49,785 bases of DNA from Pseudomonadota bacterium (GTDB taxonomy: Bacteria; Desulfobacterota; Desulfobacteria; Desulfobacterales; RPRI01). Positions 8,579-19,058 of the stretch are shown here, piece by piece; the first letter of the stretch is position 1; every line of letters starts with the position of its first letter. Both the position numbers and the translations under genes were made by a program. The notes beneath the pieces were generated by a model. That model saw only the letters and a list, made by a program, of their open reading frames with translations, did no database searches and had not been told where the DNA came from. The DNA lies in NCBI GenBank assembly GCA_043825875.1, contig JBDRRF010000091.1:1-49785 (forward strand). Reading direction: 5' to 3'.

Positions 8579-11542
8579 CTATGCGCCGTCTATTACTTCT
8601 CTAACCTTTGATGCCAAGGCATATAATGAAAACGGTTTTTGTATGAAATTTACACCTTCGTCCAGTTTACCATGGTGAGTAATAATGTTACTCGTATAGC
8701 CGGACATATATAAATACTTTATATCAGGACAAAGAGAAACTATTTTTGTCACCAATTCCCGTCCATTCATACCGGGCAAAACCACATCGGTTATAAGCAA
8801 GTCGACTTTAACAGCCGTATTTTCAACCGTACTAATTGCCTCGTGCGGAGTCGGGGCAGTCAGCACCTTATAGCCTAGTTTCTCAAGCATTTGCATAGCC
8901 ATGTTCAGCAGAGCAAATTCATCTTCCACCAAAAGGATAGTTTCATCACCCTGCAAGGCTGAAACCGTACCTTTCTCTTTCTTTACCTGAACAGTATCGG
9001 CAGTGTGCCTTGGCAAGTAGATTTTGAAAACAGAGCCATGATCCGGTTCACTGTAAACATTTATAAAGCCATTATTTTGCTTGACAATACCATATACCGT
9101 GGCCAATCCCAGGCCCGTGCCTTTATCCTTATCTTTGGTAGTAAAAAACGGTTCAAACAAACTATTTAAAGTTTCCTTATCCATACCAATACCGTTATCA
9201 CTTACTGTAAGCCGCACATACTCGCCTGGAATAAACTCGGTAAGCGTGTCGGAATATATTTCATCAATGGTAACATTTTCAGTTTCGATGGTGATCTTTC
9301 CCACCTCACAGATTGCGTCACGAGCATTAACACACAGGTTAGCCAATATTTGATCTATCTGTGATGGATCCATCTTGACCGACCAGATCCCGGTATCAGG
9401 CAACCAGGCAAGATCGATATCTTCTCCGATCAATCTTCGCAACATCTTTAGCATGCCTTCCACAGTCTCATTCAGATCAAGGACTTTGGGGATAATGGTC
9501 TGTTTGCGTGCAAAAGCCAGAAGTTGCCTGGTAAGGTTGGCAGAGCGCTCTGCTGCTGTCTGGATTTCCAGAAGATTTACATAGAGCGGATGGGAAGGGT
9601 CCAGCCCCTCCATGCACAAATCCGTATGACCTATAATAACTCCTATCATGTTATTAAAGTCATGAGCCACACCTCCCGCTAACCGCCCTACAGCCTCCAT
9701 CTTCTGTGCCTGATGGAGTTGTGCTTCCAACTTTTTATGGTCCGTAATGTCCTCAGCTATAACTAACAAATATTGCGGGTTTTCGGTTTTATCCAAAATC
9801 GGGATTTTTTTGGTATGCAATATCCGTTTTTCATTATCTTTATTATTAAACATAACTTCCGGTGTATCGACAAATTTTTTAATGCGAAGCACGTTGTAGT
9901 CATTTGCAGTAACAGCGTCAGCTATTTCCTTCGGCAATATGTCATAATCGGTTTTACCTATCACTTCTTTATTCGAACGCCCTGTAAAATTATCACAAGC
10001 CTTGTTTCTTCTTAAATATCTCAAATCATTTGCATCTTTTACTAATACCATGTATGGAATATTTTCTATTATATTACTAAGAAATTCTTCACTCTTTACA
10101 AGATTGCGATAGGTCAGCAAACTGGTAAGCGCATCGCTCAATCGTCTGCCGATTTCCTGAAAAAGTCTTTCTTCTTCAGCAGTCCATATCCTGTCATGAG
10201 AGCACTGCTGTATACCAAACAACCATGGTTTTCCCATTTTTGGGTAAAGAGCGGTTGCCATAAAACTTTTAATACCAAAGTTTTCTGCCATTTGATCTGA
10301 TAATTGATGGTCAGCACCTATGCCGAATTTCACAGGGCCATCGGAATTTTTTACAGTACATAGAGTTTGCGAAACAGCATCCTCCATAGGCATCATAAGT
10401 CCAAGTCTTAAGATTCTGGGATATTCAGGTTTTGTACAACTCATTGGCACTGACCACGAGTCGGCCTCAGGATCACAGGGAAATTGCATAACTACCCGAT
10501 CACAGTCAAAAAGTGACATAACCACATCAAGCACATCACCCATCATGCTTTCGAAATCATGCGCCCCTTGTATAGCCCGATTAACCTTGTCCATACTCTC
10601 AAAAAACTTCAGATTGGCCAGCCGCTCCATTTCCGCTTGCTTGCGTTCGGTGATGTCACGGACAAGTCCCAATATCAGCCTCTGGCCTCGCAGTTCAACG
10701 TGACCCACACTTAATTCTACCGGAAATAAAGTACCATCTTTACGCAGGTGCTCACTCTCAACAACAAATTTCCTGCCGACATTAAGCTCTTTCCAAAAAA
10801 CTTCCGTAAACTCTGTCTGATTTATTTTGTTGTCTACATCCCATATGAAGAGCTGCATCAATTCTTCGCGCGAGTAGCCCAGCATCTCACAGGCCGCATC
10901 GTTCACATCAACGATCTTACCGGCATCATGCAGAAAAAACCCCTCTGAAGCCTGGTCTACCAGTGTGCGGAAACGTTCCTCAGCTTCAATCAGCTTCTCT
11001 TCAGACTGCTTGCGTTCGGTGATGTCACGGGCAAAAGCGCAAATATATTCTTTATCCCCGAATTGAATATAATTAATAACAATGTCTACCGGAAAAATAC
11101 TTCCATCTTTTCTTTTATGAAGTGACTCCCAGACAAGGAATTTTTTTTCTTTAAATTCTTTCCAATTGGACAACAAAATTTCCTTGGAATATTTCTGCTC
11201 GATATCGGATATGGACTTGGTCAACAGTTCTTCACGTGAATACCCAAGCATCTTACAAGCAGAATTGTTCACATATAAAAATTGAGTGTCCGAATCTATC
11301 CAATATGCTGCGTCCATCGCATTATCAACGATAAACTGCGTTAGCTGCAATAAAGCCTTCCCTTTCGTTTGCGGCTCAACACTCCAACCGGTTGATGGAT
11401 CTATAGCTTCATATTGATCATCGGCACTACAATCATTTTTACACAAAGCTTCTTCCAACTCGCAAACTCGCTGCTGTAAAACTTCAATTTGGCGGAGCAA
11501 TTCAGTGTTATCGGTTGTCATCGGTATACTCATCCTCTCCAC
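8579..11542 (-). CDS. Cytoplasmic hybrid histidine kinase (PAS-PAS-GAF-PAS-HisKA-HATPase-REC)
   Basis: Repeated PAC motif DITERKQ, AHDFNN H-box, GTGLGL, C-terminal receiver domain. Confidence 0.92.
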   Translation of the reverse strand: MERMSIPMTTDNTELLRQIEVLQQRVCELEEALCKNDCSADDQYEAIDPSTGWSVEPQTKGKALLQLTQFIVDNAMDAAYWIDSDTQFLYVNNSACKMLGYSREELLTKSISDIEQKYSKEILLSNWKEFKEKKFLVWESLHKRKDGSIFPVDIVINYIQFGDKEYICAFARDITERKQSEEKLIEAEERFRTLVDQASEGFFLHDAGKIVDVNDAACEMLGYSREELMQLFIWDVDNKINQTEFTEVFWKELNVGRKFVVESEHLRKDGTLFPVELSVGHVELRGQRLILGLVRDITERKQAEMERLANLKFFESMDKVNRAIQGAHDFESMMGDVLDVVMSLFDCDRVVMQFPCDPEADSWSVPMSCTKPEYPRILRLGLMMPMEDAVSQTLCTVKNSDGPVKFGIGADHQLSDQMAENFGIKSFMATALYPKMGKPWLFGIQQCSHDRIWTAEEERLFQEIGRRLSDALTSLLTYRNLVKSEEFLSNIIENIPYMVLVKDANDLRYLRRNKACDNFTGRSNKEVIGKTDYDILPKEIADAVTANDYNVLRIKKFVDTPEVMFNNKDNEKRILHTKKIPILDKTENPQYLLVIAEDITDHKKLEAQLHQAQKMEAVGRLAGGVAHDFNNMIGVIIGHTDLCMEGLDPSHPLYVNLLEIQTAAERSANLTRQLLAFARKQTIIPKVLDLNETVEGMLKMLRRLIGEDIDLAWLPDTGIWSVKMDPSQIDQILANLCVNARDAICEVGKITIETENVTIDEIYSDTLTEFIPGEYVRLTVSDNGIGMDKETLNSLFEPFFTTKDKDKGTGLGLATVYGIVKQNNGFINVYSEPDHGSVFKIYLPRHTADTVQVKKEKGTVSALQGDETILLVEDEFALLNMAMQMLEKLGYKVLTAPTPHEAISTVENTAVKVDLLITDVVLPGMNGRELVTKIVSLCPDIKYLYMSGYTSNIITHHGKLDEGVNFIQKPFSLYALASKVREVIDGA

Positions 11543-11681
11543 GGGTTTATATTTCGTGCTTAAACAAACAATTATGCTAAACTACATATCAATACTATTT
11601 GATATGCAAAAGGATTTCATACAAGTTTCTGTCAAGAAGCACTTTGATGACTGATTTAAGTCTATTTCGTAAGAGTAGTAA

Positions 11682-12644
11682 TTAGAATCCCAGAAACCCT
11701 GCCAGATATTTCAAAGCTGTAAGTGTAATTATACCTGCAAGCATCCATTTTATAACCCTTGCCGGAACAAATTTCTGGCAGCGGGCACCGAGATATATTC
11801 CAGCCATTCCTCCCAGCCCGAATAAAATTCCCAAAAACCAATCCGGAGCAACGGATATATTGGGATAAAACGGTGCAATAGCCTGATAGAAAGCAACGCC
11901 TGCTATTGAGGTGACAAATGTACCCATAAGTGCTGCCCCGGCTATGGTGTAAACCGGCAATCCGAAATATGTTACAAGAAAGGGTGCAATAATTGCTCCG
12001 CCGCCGATTCCGTATATTCCACCAACAATGCCTACGACAAAGCTTAAAACAAATATCCCCCAAAAGGATACATCAAACTGTTCGCCGTAAAATTTGTACC
12101 CTAATCGTTTTAAATTAAAATGCGTAACCTTTACAGCCGGAATTGCTTCAAAGCCTGACTTGTCAGATTGTGCGGTCGCTATCCGATGATTGCGAACCAT
12201 ATCCTGAAAACGGTTTTCGCTCAAGGTCTTGTCTGCACCTTTAGAGTTTTTTGATAAAAGATCGCGTATCAACCTTGCACCAATGTATAACAAAACAAAG
12301 GCAGCAAACAGCTTGAAATTCTTAGGATCAGGAAGATATGCAACCCGCACAACAGCGCCGATAAATACCCCTGGAAGAGTGCCGACCACTATAACCCATG
12401 CAAGCGGCCACACCATTCTTCCTTCCTTGCAATAACGATAGATTCCGCTTGGAATAGCTACGATATTAAACAACTGATTGGTTGCGCTTACCGATGGATT
12501 TGAATAGCCTAAAACTGAAACCTGAAAAGGAAGCAGCAAAAAAGCACCGGACACACCACCCATAGAAGTGAAAAATGATATAACAAAAGCTACAAGCGGT
12601 GGAATCCATAAAGAAACTTCAATACCTGCTGTTTGGAAAAACAT
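11682..12644 (-). CDS. Sulfite exporter TauE/SafE family membrane protein
   Basis: GGVSGAFLLLP and GIGGGAIIAPFL repeats; multiple TM segments. Confidence 0.85.
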   Translation of the reverse strand: MFFQTAGIEVSLWIPPLVAFVISFFTSMGGVSGAFLLLPFQVSVLGYSNPSVSATNQLFNIVAIPSGIYRYCKEGRMVWPLAWVIVVGTLPGVFIGAVVRVAYLPDPKNFKLFAAFVLLYIGARLIRDLLSKNSKGADKTLSENRFQDMVRNHRIATAQSDKSGFEAIPAVKVTHFNLKRLGYKFYGEQFDVSFWGIFVLSFVVGIVGGIYGIGGGAIIAPFLVTYFGLPVYTIAGAALMGTFVTSIAGVAFYQAIAPFYPNISVAPDWFLGILFGLGGMAGIYLGARCQKFVPARVIKWMLAGIITLTALKYLAGFLGF

Positions 12645-12870
12645 TGCATAATTCCTGTTGCAACATTAAGGTTTTAGATTAAATAATAATATATTTTTCA
12701 CTTATCGTATAAGCAGGCTTTATATGTGTCAAGCCAATTTACGCTGTATTTCCGGCTATATTCATATATGGTTGAATTTTTTCGCCCAACCTTATATCTT
12801 GCAAGCATCTTTTTTTTATTGTAGGAAATAGTAAATAAATAAATTATCTCGGAAAGGTTAAACATATCAT

Positions 12871-13533
12871 ATGAAAATAAGAACAATAATTATATGCTTT
12901 GCCATTATATTCTGTCTGACCTGTTTTTTATCTTATGCTAAAGTAAAAGAAGATTCATTAACAGCGAATCAGATTATGGTAAAGCTGGAAAAAAAATATT
13001 CAGTTCCCGGTTTTGTTGCAAAGTTTATCCAGATGTCGACATTAAAGGCTATGGGAATATCCGATGTCGCAGAAGGCCGGATACTGGTTAAGCGTCCCGG
13101 TATGATGAGATGGGAATACGAGAAACCCGATAAACAGACTGTTGTTACAGACGGAGAAAGCATCTGGATTTACAGACCGGATGACAACCAGGTTATGGTA
13201 GGCAAAGCTCCGGAATTTTTTGGTGCGGGTAAGGGAGCAAGTTTTTTATCGGATATAAGTATTATCCGACATAATTTTTCGGTTACAATCAAAAATGACA
13301 GTGATAAATATTTTGCATTAAAATTAATACCCAATGAAAAAAGGGTCGATTTAGCTTATGTACATCTTTATATTTTAAAAACAACTTTTGAAATTGCAAA
13401 AATCGGAATTTATAATTTATATGATGATGAAACCGAAATAGAACTTATTGATTCAAAGTTTGTTGACAACCCGGATTCGGTTTTTAGTTTTAAGATACCT
13501 GAAGGTGTTGAAGTCCTGAAAATGGGTGAGTAA
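12871..13533 (+). CDS. lolA: Outer-membrane lipoprotein carrier protein LolA
   Basis: Signal peptide; KRPGMMRWEY and VTDGESIWIY motifs. Confidence 0.85.
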   Translation: MKIRTIIICFAIIFCLTCFLSYAKVKEDSLTANQIMVKLEKKYSVPGFVAKFIQMSTLKAMGISDVAEGRILVKRPGMMRWEYEKPDKQTVVTDGESIWIYRPDDNQVMVGKAPEFFGAGKGASFLSDISIIRHNFSVTIKNDSDKYFALKLIPNEKRVDLAYVHLYILKTTFEIAKIGIYNLYDDETEIELIDSKFVDNPDSVFSFKIPEGVEVLKMGE

Positions 13534-13546
13534 TTGGAGGATTGAA

Positions 13547-14446
13547 ATGAAAGATAAAGTCAGGAGTCTTTTGAAACAGAGAAAGGCGATTATGCTTGCA
13601 CATAATTATGAGCCACCTGAAATACAGGATGTGGCCGACCTTTGCGGAGACTCTCTTGAACTGAGTATAAAAGCATCACAAACCGATGCTAAGGTTATTG
13701 TGTTTTGCGGGGTGCATTTTATGGCTGAAACAGCCTCGATAATGTCGCCTGAAAAAATAGTTTTACTTCCCAGAAAAGATGCGGGATGCCCTATGGCTGA
13801 TATGGTAACACCCGAAGCACTTGCAAATAAGCTTAAAGAAATTCCCCCCATGCCGGTTGTTACATATGTGAACTCAACTGCGGCGGTGAAGGCGCTTTCT
13901 ACCATATGCTGTACATCTGCAAATGTAGTAGGTATTGTTAACAGCCTTGACGCTGATGAGATCTTAATGGTGCCGGACAGAAATCTTGCAAAGTATGCAG
14001 CTTTGCACACGAAAAAGAAATTACATCTTTGGGACGGATATTGCCCTATACATGACAGCCTTACAGCAGAAAAAGTGCTAAAAGCAAAAAGCAAGTACCC
14101 GGAAGCATTTTTTATGGCTCATCCTGAATGCCGCCCGGAAGTTCTTGAACTTGCGGATCTTATTTTAAGCACATCCGGAATGATAAAATATGCAGCAGAA
14201 TCTGAAAACAAGACTTTTCTTATAGGCACTGAAATAGGAATACTTCATCCAATGAAAAAAGCCTGCCCCGATAAAATATTTTATCCTGTTTCAGAGGATA
14301 TGGAATGCAAAGATATGAAGAAAATAACTTTGGAAGATGTAGCAAGAAGCCTGGAATTTATGGAAGGTGAAGTAAAGGTTCCTGAAGATATAAGGATAAA
14401 GGCAAAAGAAGCTGTAAGTAAGATGATAGAGTTTTCACTAGGATAA
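13547..14446 (+). CDS. nadA: Quinolinate synthase
   Basis: LAHNY, FCGVHFMAE, GCPMA, YVNS, HPEC motifs. Start placed at ATG 13547 after GGAGG. Confidence 0.95.
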   Translation: MKDKVRSLLKQRKAIMLAHNYEPPEIQDVADLCGDSLELSIKASQTDAKVIVFCGVHFMAETASIMSPEKIVLLPRKDAGCPMADMVTPEALANKLKEIPPMPVVTYVNSTAAVKALSTICCTSANVVGIVNSLDADEILMVPDRNLAKYAALHTKKKLHLWDGYCPIHDSLTAEKVLKAKSKYPEAFFMAHPECRPEVLELADLILSTSGMIKYAAESENKTFLIGTEIGILHPMKKACPDKIFYPVSEDMECKDMKKITLEDVARSLEFMEGEVKVPEDIRIKAKEAVSKMIEFSLG

Positions 14447-14451
14447 AAAAC

Positions 14452-14481
14452 AGGATCACCTCCAAAAGAGTTGGTGATCCT
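14452..14481. terminator. Hairpin after nadA
   Basis: AGGATCACC...GGTGATCCT inverted repeat immediately after the stop codon. Confidence 0.65.
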
Positions 14482-14484
14482 ATT

Positions 14485-14651
14485 AGGATTCCAGGGTTCC
14501 AGGATTCAAGGATTCAAGTGAAATGCATATACAGAGGCTCCATATTATGGATGACGGACTGAGAGCATCGTTTCGGGGCATTCCGACCCAGAGAGCATAG
14601 AAATGAGAAAATAAACACTTGAACCCTCGCCCCCTCGAATCCTCGACCCCT
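14485..14651. repeat. Inverted arrays of four 8-bp units flanking a ~100-bp core
   Basis: Left AGGATTCC-AGGGTTCC-AGGATTCA-AGGATTCA-AGTG; right CACT-TGAACCCT-CGCCCCCT-CGAATCCT-CGACCCCT. Confidence 0.8.
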
Positions 14652-14690
14652 TTTTCAAAATAGCCGCATATAATCAGGGGAGCAATTACT

Positions 14691-15458
14691 ATGGAAGAAT
14701 TAATTAACCGTGCAGTCGATTTAATACATAACTCAAAAAAAATAGTAGTTTTCACAGGTGCAGGAGTTAGCACGGAATCCGGAATTCCGGATTTTCGAAG
14801 CCCAGGTGGAATTTGGGATAAATTTGAACCTGTATATTTTCAGGATTTTGTTGAAAGTGAAGAAGCCCGTGAGAAATACTGGTTAAGAAGTAAAGTAATT
14901 TATCCGCTTATAAGCAGCGCCAAACCTAATCTTACCCATCTGTCTTTGTTTGAACTTGAAAAAATGGGAAAACTTGATTGCATAGTTACTCAAAACATAG
15001 ACCGTTTGCATCATAAAGCAGGCAACTCCGATGAAAAAATCATCGAGATTCACGGCACCAATGCTTTTGCAATCTGCTTGAAATGTAAAAAGATTTATCC
15101 CAGAAACGAAATACAGCAACAATTGGAAGCAGATGAGTCTATCAAAGTACCCCATTGTATTGATTGTAACGGATTTTTAAAAGACGCCACTATTTCTTTC
15201 GGCCAGTCTATGCCGGAAAGGGAATTGGGTGAATCTAACCGCAGGGCAGAATCCTGTGATTTAATGCTTACACTCGGCTCTTCTTTAGTAGTATATCCCG
15301 CAGCCTATCTGCCTCAGTATGCTTCTCAGGCCGGAGCTAAACTGATTATCATTAATATGACCGAAACTTCGATGGACAGGCTTGCCGATGTAGTAATTCA
15401 TGCAAAAACCGGTGAAACTCTTAATCGTATAGTAGAAGAAGTCAAGATGAGACTGTAG
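14691..15458 (+). CDS. cobB: NAD-dependent protein deacylase (Sir2/CobB family)
   Basis: TGAGVSTESGIPDFR, TQNIDRLH, HG, two CxxC pairs. Confidence 0.92.
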   Translation: MEELINRAVDLIHNSKKIVVFTGAGVSTESGIPDFRSPGGIWDKFEPVYFQDFVESEEAREKYWLRSKVIYPLISSAKPNLTHLSLFELEKMGKLDCIVTQNIDRLHHKAGNSDEKIIEIHGTNAFAICLKCKKIYPRNEIQQQLEADESIKVPHCIDCNGFLKDATISFGQSMPERELGESNRRAESCDLMLTLGSSLVVYPAAYLPQYASQAGAKLIIINMTETSMDRLADVVIHAKTGETLNRIVEEVKMRL

Positions 15459-16767
15459 CATAATTACCACAGGCTTTTGCATACTTATCCAGTATTTCCT
15501 CAATTCTGCCATAAACCAAACGACTCGGGATACATTGAATACGCCCTTCTCTTACTGCTTCATACAAAGTGGGCATGTATTGACTAAGAAGTGGCAATGG
15601 AATCCCATATTTTGTCAGATTTTCAAACAAACGCTCTATAGCCTCCGAACATCTGCGGTCTGACCAATAATATCGGATACGGTCACTAAAGCCGTAGGCT
15701 GAAATATATCGCAAGTATGCTTTATCACCTTGGTAGTGCTCCTGCCAGTGCTTACTGTCTGCATCCATAAGTTCTTGCATCAGTTCAGGAAGTCTGGAAA
15801 GGGTTACTCCCCTTCTTTCTGCCAGCCATTCCCGCTCGATGTATGCCAAAGCATAAAGTGCTTCCCGTGTGGTAAATGTAAGCCATGGGCCTACCTTAAG
15901 GATTGCGAAGTGATCATAAACCATATTGGAAAGTGATTGCCGGGTCTGGAAATCGGTGGAATGGGCTTCAAAAACCATATTTTCCTCACCCTCTATTAAC
16001 AACTTAAGATCTTTTGTTTTCTTGCTGTCATAGTCACACACTGTTTCCGGGCCAAATGATGTGCCAGTCTCCACAACAAGTGCTAAACAACGATCCCAGG
16101 CGGATTCAAGCCCTCTTTCCACAAAGGCTCGGTGCATAATGCTTATGGTATCTTCAACATCTTTGGCAGATGATACACGTATCTCATCACTTCTGCTTTC
16201 AAGCATTCCGCCAGGTGTCGGTACTTCAGCACCCACAACATACACGAGTTGAACTTTGTTTCCCGTATGTGCTTTTGCGGCTTGCTCGGCAATTTCGCAA
16301 AGAGATGCCGTTCGATCCGCTATCGTTTTAATAGAAAGTTGAGTGCGACCGTTTTGCATATCATCTTGGCAAGGCATACTTGTATCCAAATGCAACTTCC
16401 GGTAACCCGCATAAACGCAATTACGAATCAGATCCTTAGCTTTTGCCATAGCCACATCTGAATTCTCGAAACGCCAGGCGTCTGGTCCCAAGTGGTCACC
16501 ACCTAAAACAACCTTATCACAATCAAGTCGCATCGCTTCAGAAATGCTTCTAACGTATTTAGCGAATTGCTCCGGCTGCATACCGGCATAACCACCAAAC
16601 TGATTAACTTGCCGCCCCGTGGATTCTATGCACACTAAACTATTTCGTTTTCGGGCATATTCCAGTGCAGCACTGACAACGAAATTATTAGCCGAACATA
16701 TTGAAGTGATCCCTACCGGATCGCCTTGTTTATGTGCTGCCAAAAGTTTTAGCAGATAATCTATCAT
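15442..16767 (-). CDS. GatZ/KbaZ-family protein (tagatose-bisphosphate aldolase non-catalytic subunit / tagatose-6-P epimerase-like)
   Basis: GITSICSA, QVNQFGGY, GGDHLGP, EVPTPGG, FEAHSTD, LKVGP, SDRIRYYW motifs. Confidence 0.9.
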   Translation of the reverse strand: MIDYLLKLLAAHKQGDPVGITSICSANNFVVSAALEYARKRNSLVCIESTGRQVNQFGGYAGMQPEQFAKYVRSISEAMRLDCDKVVLGGDHLGPDAWRFENSDVAMAKAKDLIRNCVYAGYRKLHLDTSMPCQDDMQNGRTQLSIKTIADRTASLCEIAEQAAKAHTGNKVQLVYVVGAEVPTPGGMLESRSDEIRVSSAKDVEDTISIMHRAFVERGLESAWDRCLALVVETGTSFGPETVCDYDSKKTKDLKLLIEGEENMVFEAHSTDFQTRQSLSNMVYDHFAILKVGPWLTFTTREALYALAYIEREWLAERRGVTLSRLPELMQELMDADSKHWQEHYQGDKAYLRYISAYGFSDRIRYYWSDRRCSEAIERLFENLTKYGIPLPLLSQYMPTLYEAVREGRIQCIPSRLVYGRIEEILDKYAKACGNYATVSS

Positions 16768-16784
16768 TATACCTTACTATCTTA

Positions 16785-17309
16785 TCATTTAATACTGCAT
16801 CTTTTAAAATAAAAAGTAATATTACCAAGGCCGGTTTCATGAGTACCTACCAACATGCCCTTAAAAGTTGGTTCCCCGTTTACCCATTTTCCCAATATAC
16901 AAGATTTCCTTTTTTTACTTCCTTCACAATACCAAGCCCTCCTGGCAACAATTAATTTGCCTGCTTTTTGATTGATGCAAGTGTACTGTATTTTGCCTAA
17001 AAAGCCTGTGTCAAATGAAACAAACCCCTTGTCTGCTGGAAAGTTGTCGGGAAGAATACAGTTGGCCACCGGGTATCCGGGATCTTTAACTCGCGGCGGG
17101 ATAATTTCTCCGGCCTTCATTCTTTGCTCGGCCTGTTCTCTTAGCATAGCCTTTTCAGCAACAATTTTCTTCATAACTGCACTATGCTTTGTTTCGGCAT
17201 AGGCTATTTGCCTGGTACCTGGAGTAAAATTATAAATGAATAACAGGAGAATCGGCAAGGCTATGGATATAAAAATAAACATTTTATACCTATGGATCTT
17301 TTGTTTCAC
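16785..17309 (-). CDS. Hypothetical exported protein
   Basis: 174-aa ORF with N-terminal hydrophobic segment and AGAGG RBS. Confidence 0.6.
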   Translation of the reverse strand: MKQKIHRYKMFIFISIALPILLLFIYNFTPGTRQIAYAETKHSAVMKKIVAEKAMLREQAEQRMKAGEIIPPRVKDPGYPVANCILPDNFPADKGFVSFDTGFLGKIQYTCINQKAGKLIVARRAWYCEGSKKRKSCILGKWVNGEPTFKGMLVGTHETGLGNITFYFKRCSIK

Positions 17310-17361
17310 AACTTCCTCTATTTATACTGCTAAGATTCGCAAGAAAAATTATAATGTATTG

Positions 17362-18606
17362 TTATCGGAAAGCAAACAGTACAGGCAATATAATCCCTAT
17401 AATAACTGACCAGAGCGAATAAATTGGCAAATAATTTGCTACAACCTTTTTTAGCTTATCCGGAGAATCTGAATTTTTATATTGATGTATATATGCTTTA
17501 AGAATTAACACCAGGTGTATAAAAATTAGAACATTTGATCCTGTAACAGCTACACGGTTGGGCGTGATCCCATACTCTGAAAGTCGAAACAAAATTGCAG
17601 AAAGCGCAACAGTGTTTATTAGCAATGTAACTGATACAAGAGATATATTAACTTTATCCACCACTCTCGAAGTCTCTGGCTTGCTTTTTCCGGAAATTGA
17701 AAAAACAGTAACCGCCAAGACAATAACTAACAGACCATTAAACGAAATAAAAAAATCACGACCCACATACGGGCTTTTACCCTGGTACAATATGGCCAGC
17801 AGGTAAACGAATACAGTGATTAATAAAAGAGGCGAAAATACATTAGATATTAATACTGCAATCTTGCTGACTCTTTTCAATGCCGAGTCATATAAAAAGG
17901 TAGCAACTATAGGTATAGCAACCAAACCAAAAACAACGATATGACTGATATACCATTCCCGGATTGACAGTCCGATCAAACCAAACAAGCCGAATGTCAA
18001 CAGTGTTAAAACTATACCTCCAATAAGTATAAGAATTGAATATATTATTACTTCACCCACATAACGAACATAAAGCAATCTTGCGTCCGGGTTTGTCCAG
18101 TCATCGGCCATAAAGGCCAGAGCTAACAATGAGCCTAATACTAACGGCATATGAATCTGGGACATTATTATAGAAGGAGACATCGGATTATCAGGTAGCA
18201 GCAACATTACTGTTGTACACAGCAAAAGCCCTGCGATAATTATACTTTTAATTTTAAAAGAGTGGATTACAGGCAGAAAGTAACAAATAAGAGCACATAT
18301 AACAATCAATGGTGCGAATCGGGGGTAAAACCATTTTTCTGTTATTGGTAAAAAGGCCGGTAGTTTCATCAAAAATCCGGATGCCAGAGATATAATAACA
18401 ACAATGAAAAGAGGTACCTTAGTTTCCGGAATAAATGAAAGCCTGGTAAAATTAATACGGGCATTCCAAACTTTTAAGGTCTCTGATTCAGGGTGCTTTA
18501 TTATAGCTTCGTTAAGCCATGTACGAAATTGCTCCGGCTTACTAAGGTAAAGCAATTCGAGCTTCTCCGGACTTCCCATCAATTCTAAAAGTTCGTTGTT
18601 GCTCAT
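17362..18606 (-). CDS. Polytopic membrane protein (DUF4153-like)
   Basis: About 11 TM segments and YGITPNRVAV motif. Start placed at MSNNELL; 18627 is an alternative. Confidence 0.7.
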   Translation of the reverse strand: MSNNELLELMGSPEKLELLYLSKPEQFRTWLNEAIIKHPESETLKVWNARINFTRLSFIPETKVPLFIVVIISLASGFLMKLPAFLPITEKWFYPRFAPLIVICALICYFLPVIHSFKIKSIIIAGLLLCTTVMLLLPDNPMSPSIIMSQIHMPLVLGSLLALAFMADDWTNPDARLLYVRYVGEVIIYSILILIGGIVLTLLTFGLFGLIGLSIREWYISHIVVFGLVAIPIVATFLYDSALKRVSKIAVLISNVFSPLLLITVFVYLLAILYQGKSPYVGRDFFISFNGLLVIVLAVTVFSISGKSKPETSRVVDKVNISLVSVTLLINTVALSAILFRLSEYGITPNRVAVTGSNVLIFIHLVLILKAYIHQYKNSDSPDKLKKVVANYLPIYSLWSVIIGIILPVLFAFR

Positions 18607-18623
18607 GTTTGATGCCCCGCCTC

Positions 18624-18956
18624 TCATAGACCGTCAATCAGTTTATAATATTCCTTTAAAGTTTGAATGGATTCCATAGTCATTTGGAATAAAACCCAAC
18701 TGAAAACAATAATTGCTATTGTAAGTATAATCTTCCATGACAAAGTCGTTTGCGGATGCCACCAGATAAGAGGCAGTGCCAGAGGCCCAACACTACAGAC
18801 TGCAATTATAATAAAGGATTTTCGAAAATACCATGGAAGCTTTTCCTCTGTTGATCGTGGAGGATAGAAGGAATTTAGAAACTCACCACAATGTTTACAC
18901 TTTATAGCATCGTCTTGAATTTCTTCAGCACAGAATGGACATTTTTTCATTATCAT
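18624..18956 (-). CDS. Zinc-ribbon membrane protein
   Basis: [22 protein letters not shown] followed by two TM segments. Confidence 0.8.
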   Translation of the reverse strand: MIMKKCPFCAEEIQDDAIKCKHCGEFLNSFYPPRSTEEKLPWYFRKSFIIIAVCSVGPLALPLIWWHPQTTLSWKIILTIAIIVFSWVLFQMTMESIQTLKEYYKLIDGL

Positions 18957-19058
18957 CTCCCTTGACAGAACATATTACTTACCGGACATTGGGAAGAAAC
19001 ACAGTTATGAGTAAGTCCAGGTTAAACAAAAAGTTGTGTGTAAAAAAACAACTTGCTC

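Noticed and set aside
10638..11030. Repeat TGCTTGCGTTCGGTGATGTCACGG twice within the hybrid kinase
   Set aside because: Encodes the RDITERKQ motif of tandem PAS/PAC domains; ordinary domain duplication.
14483..14773. 96-aa minus-strand ORF
   Set aside because: Antisense to cobB and running through the octamer arrays; spurious.
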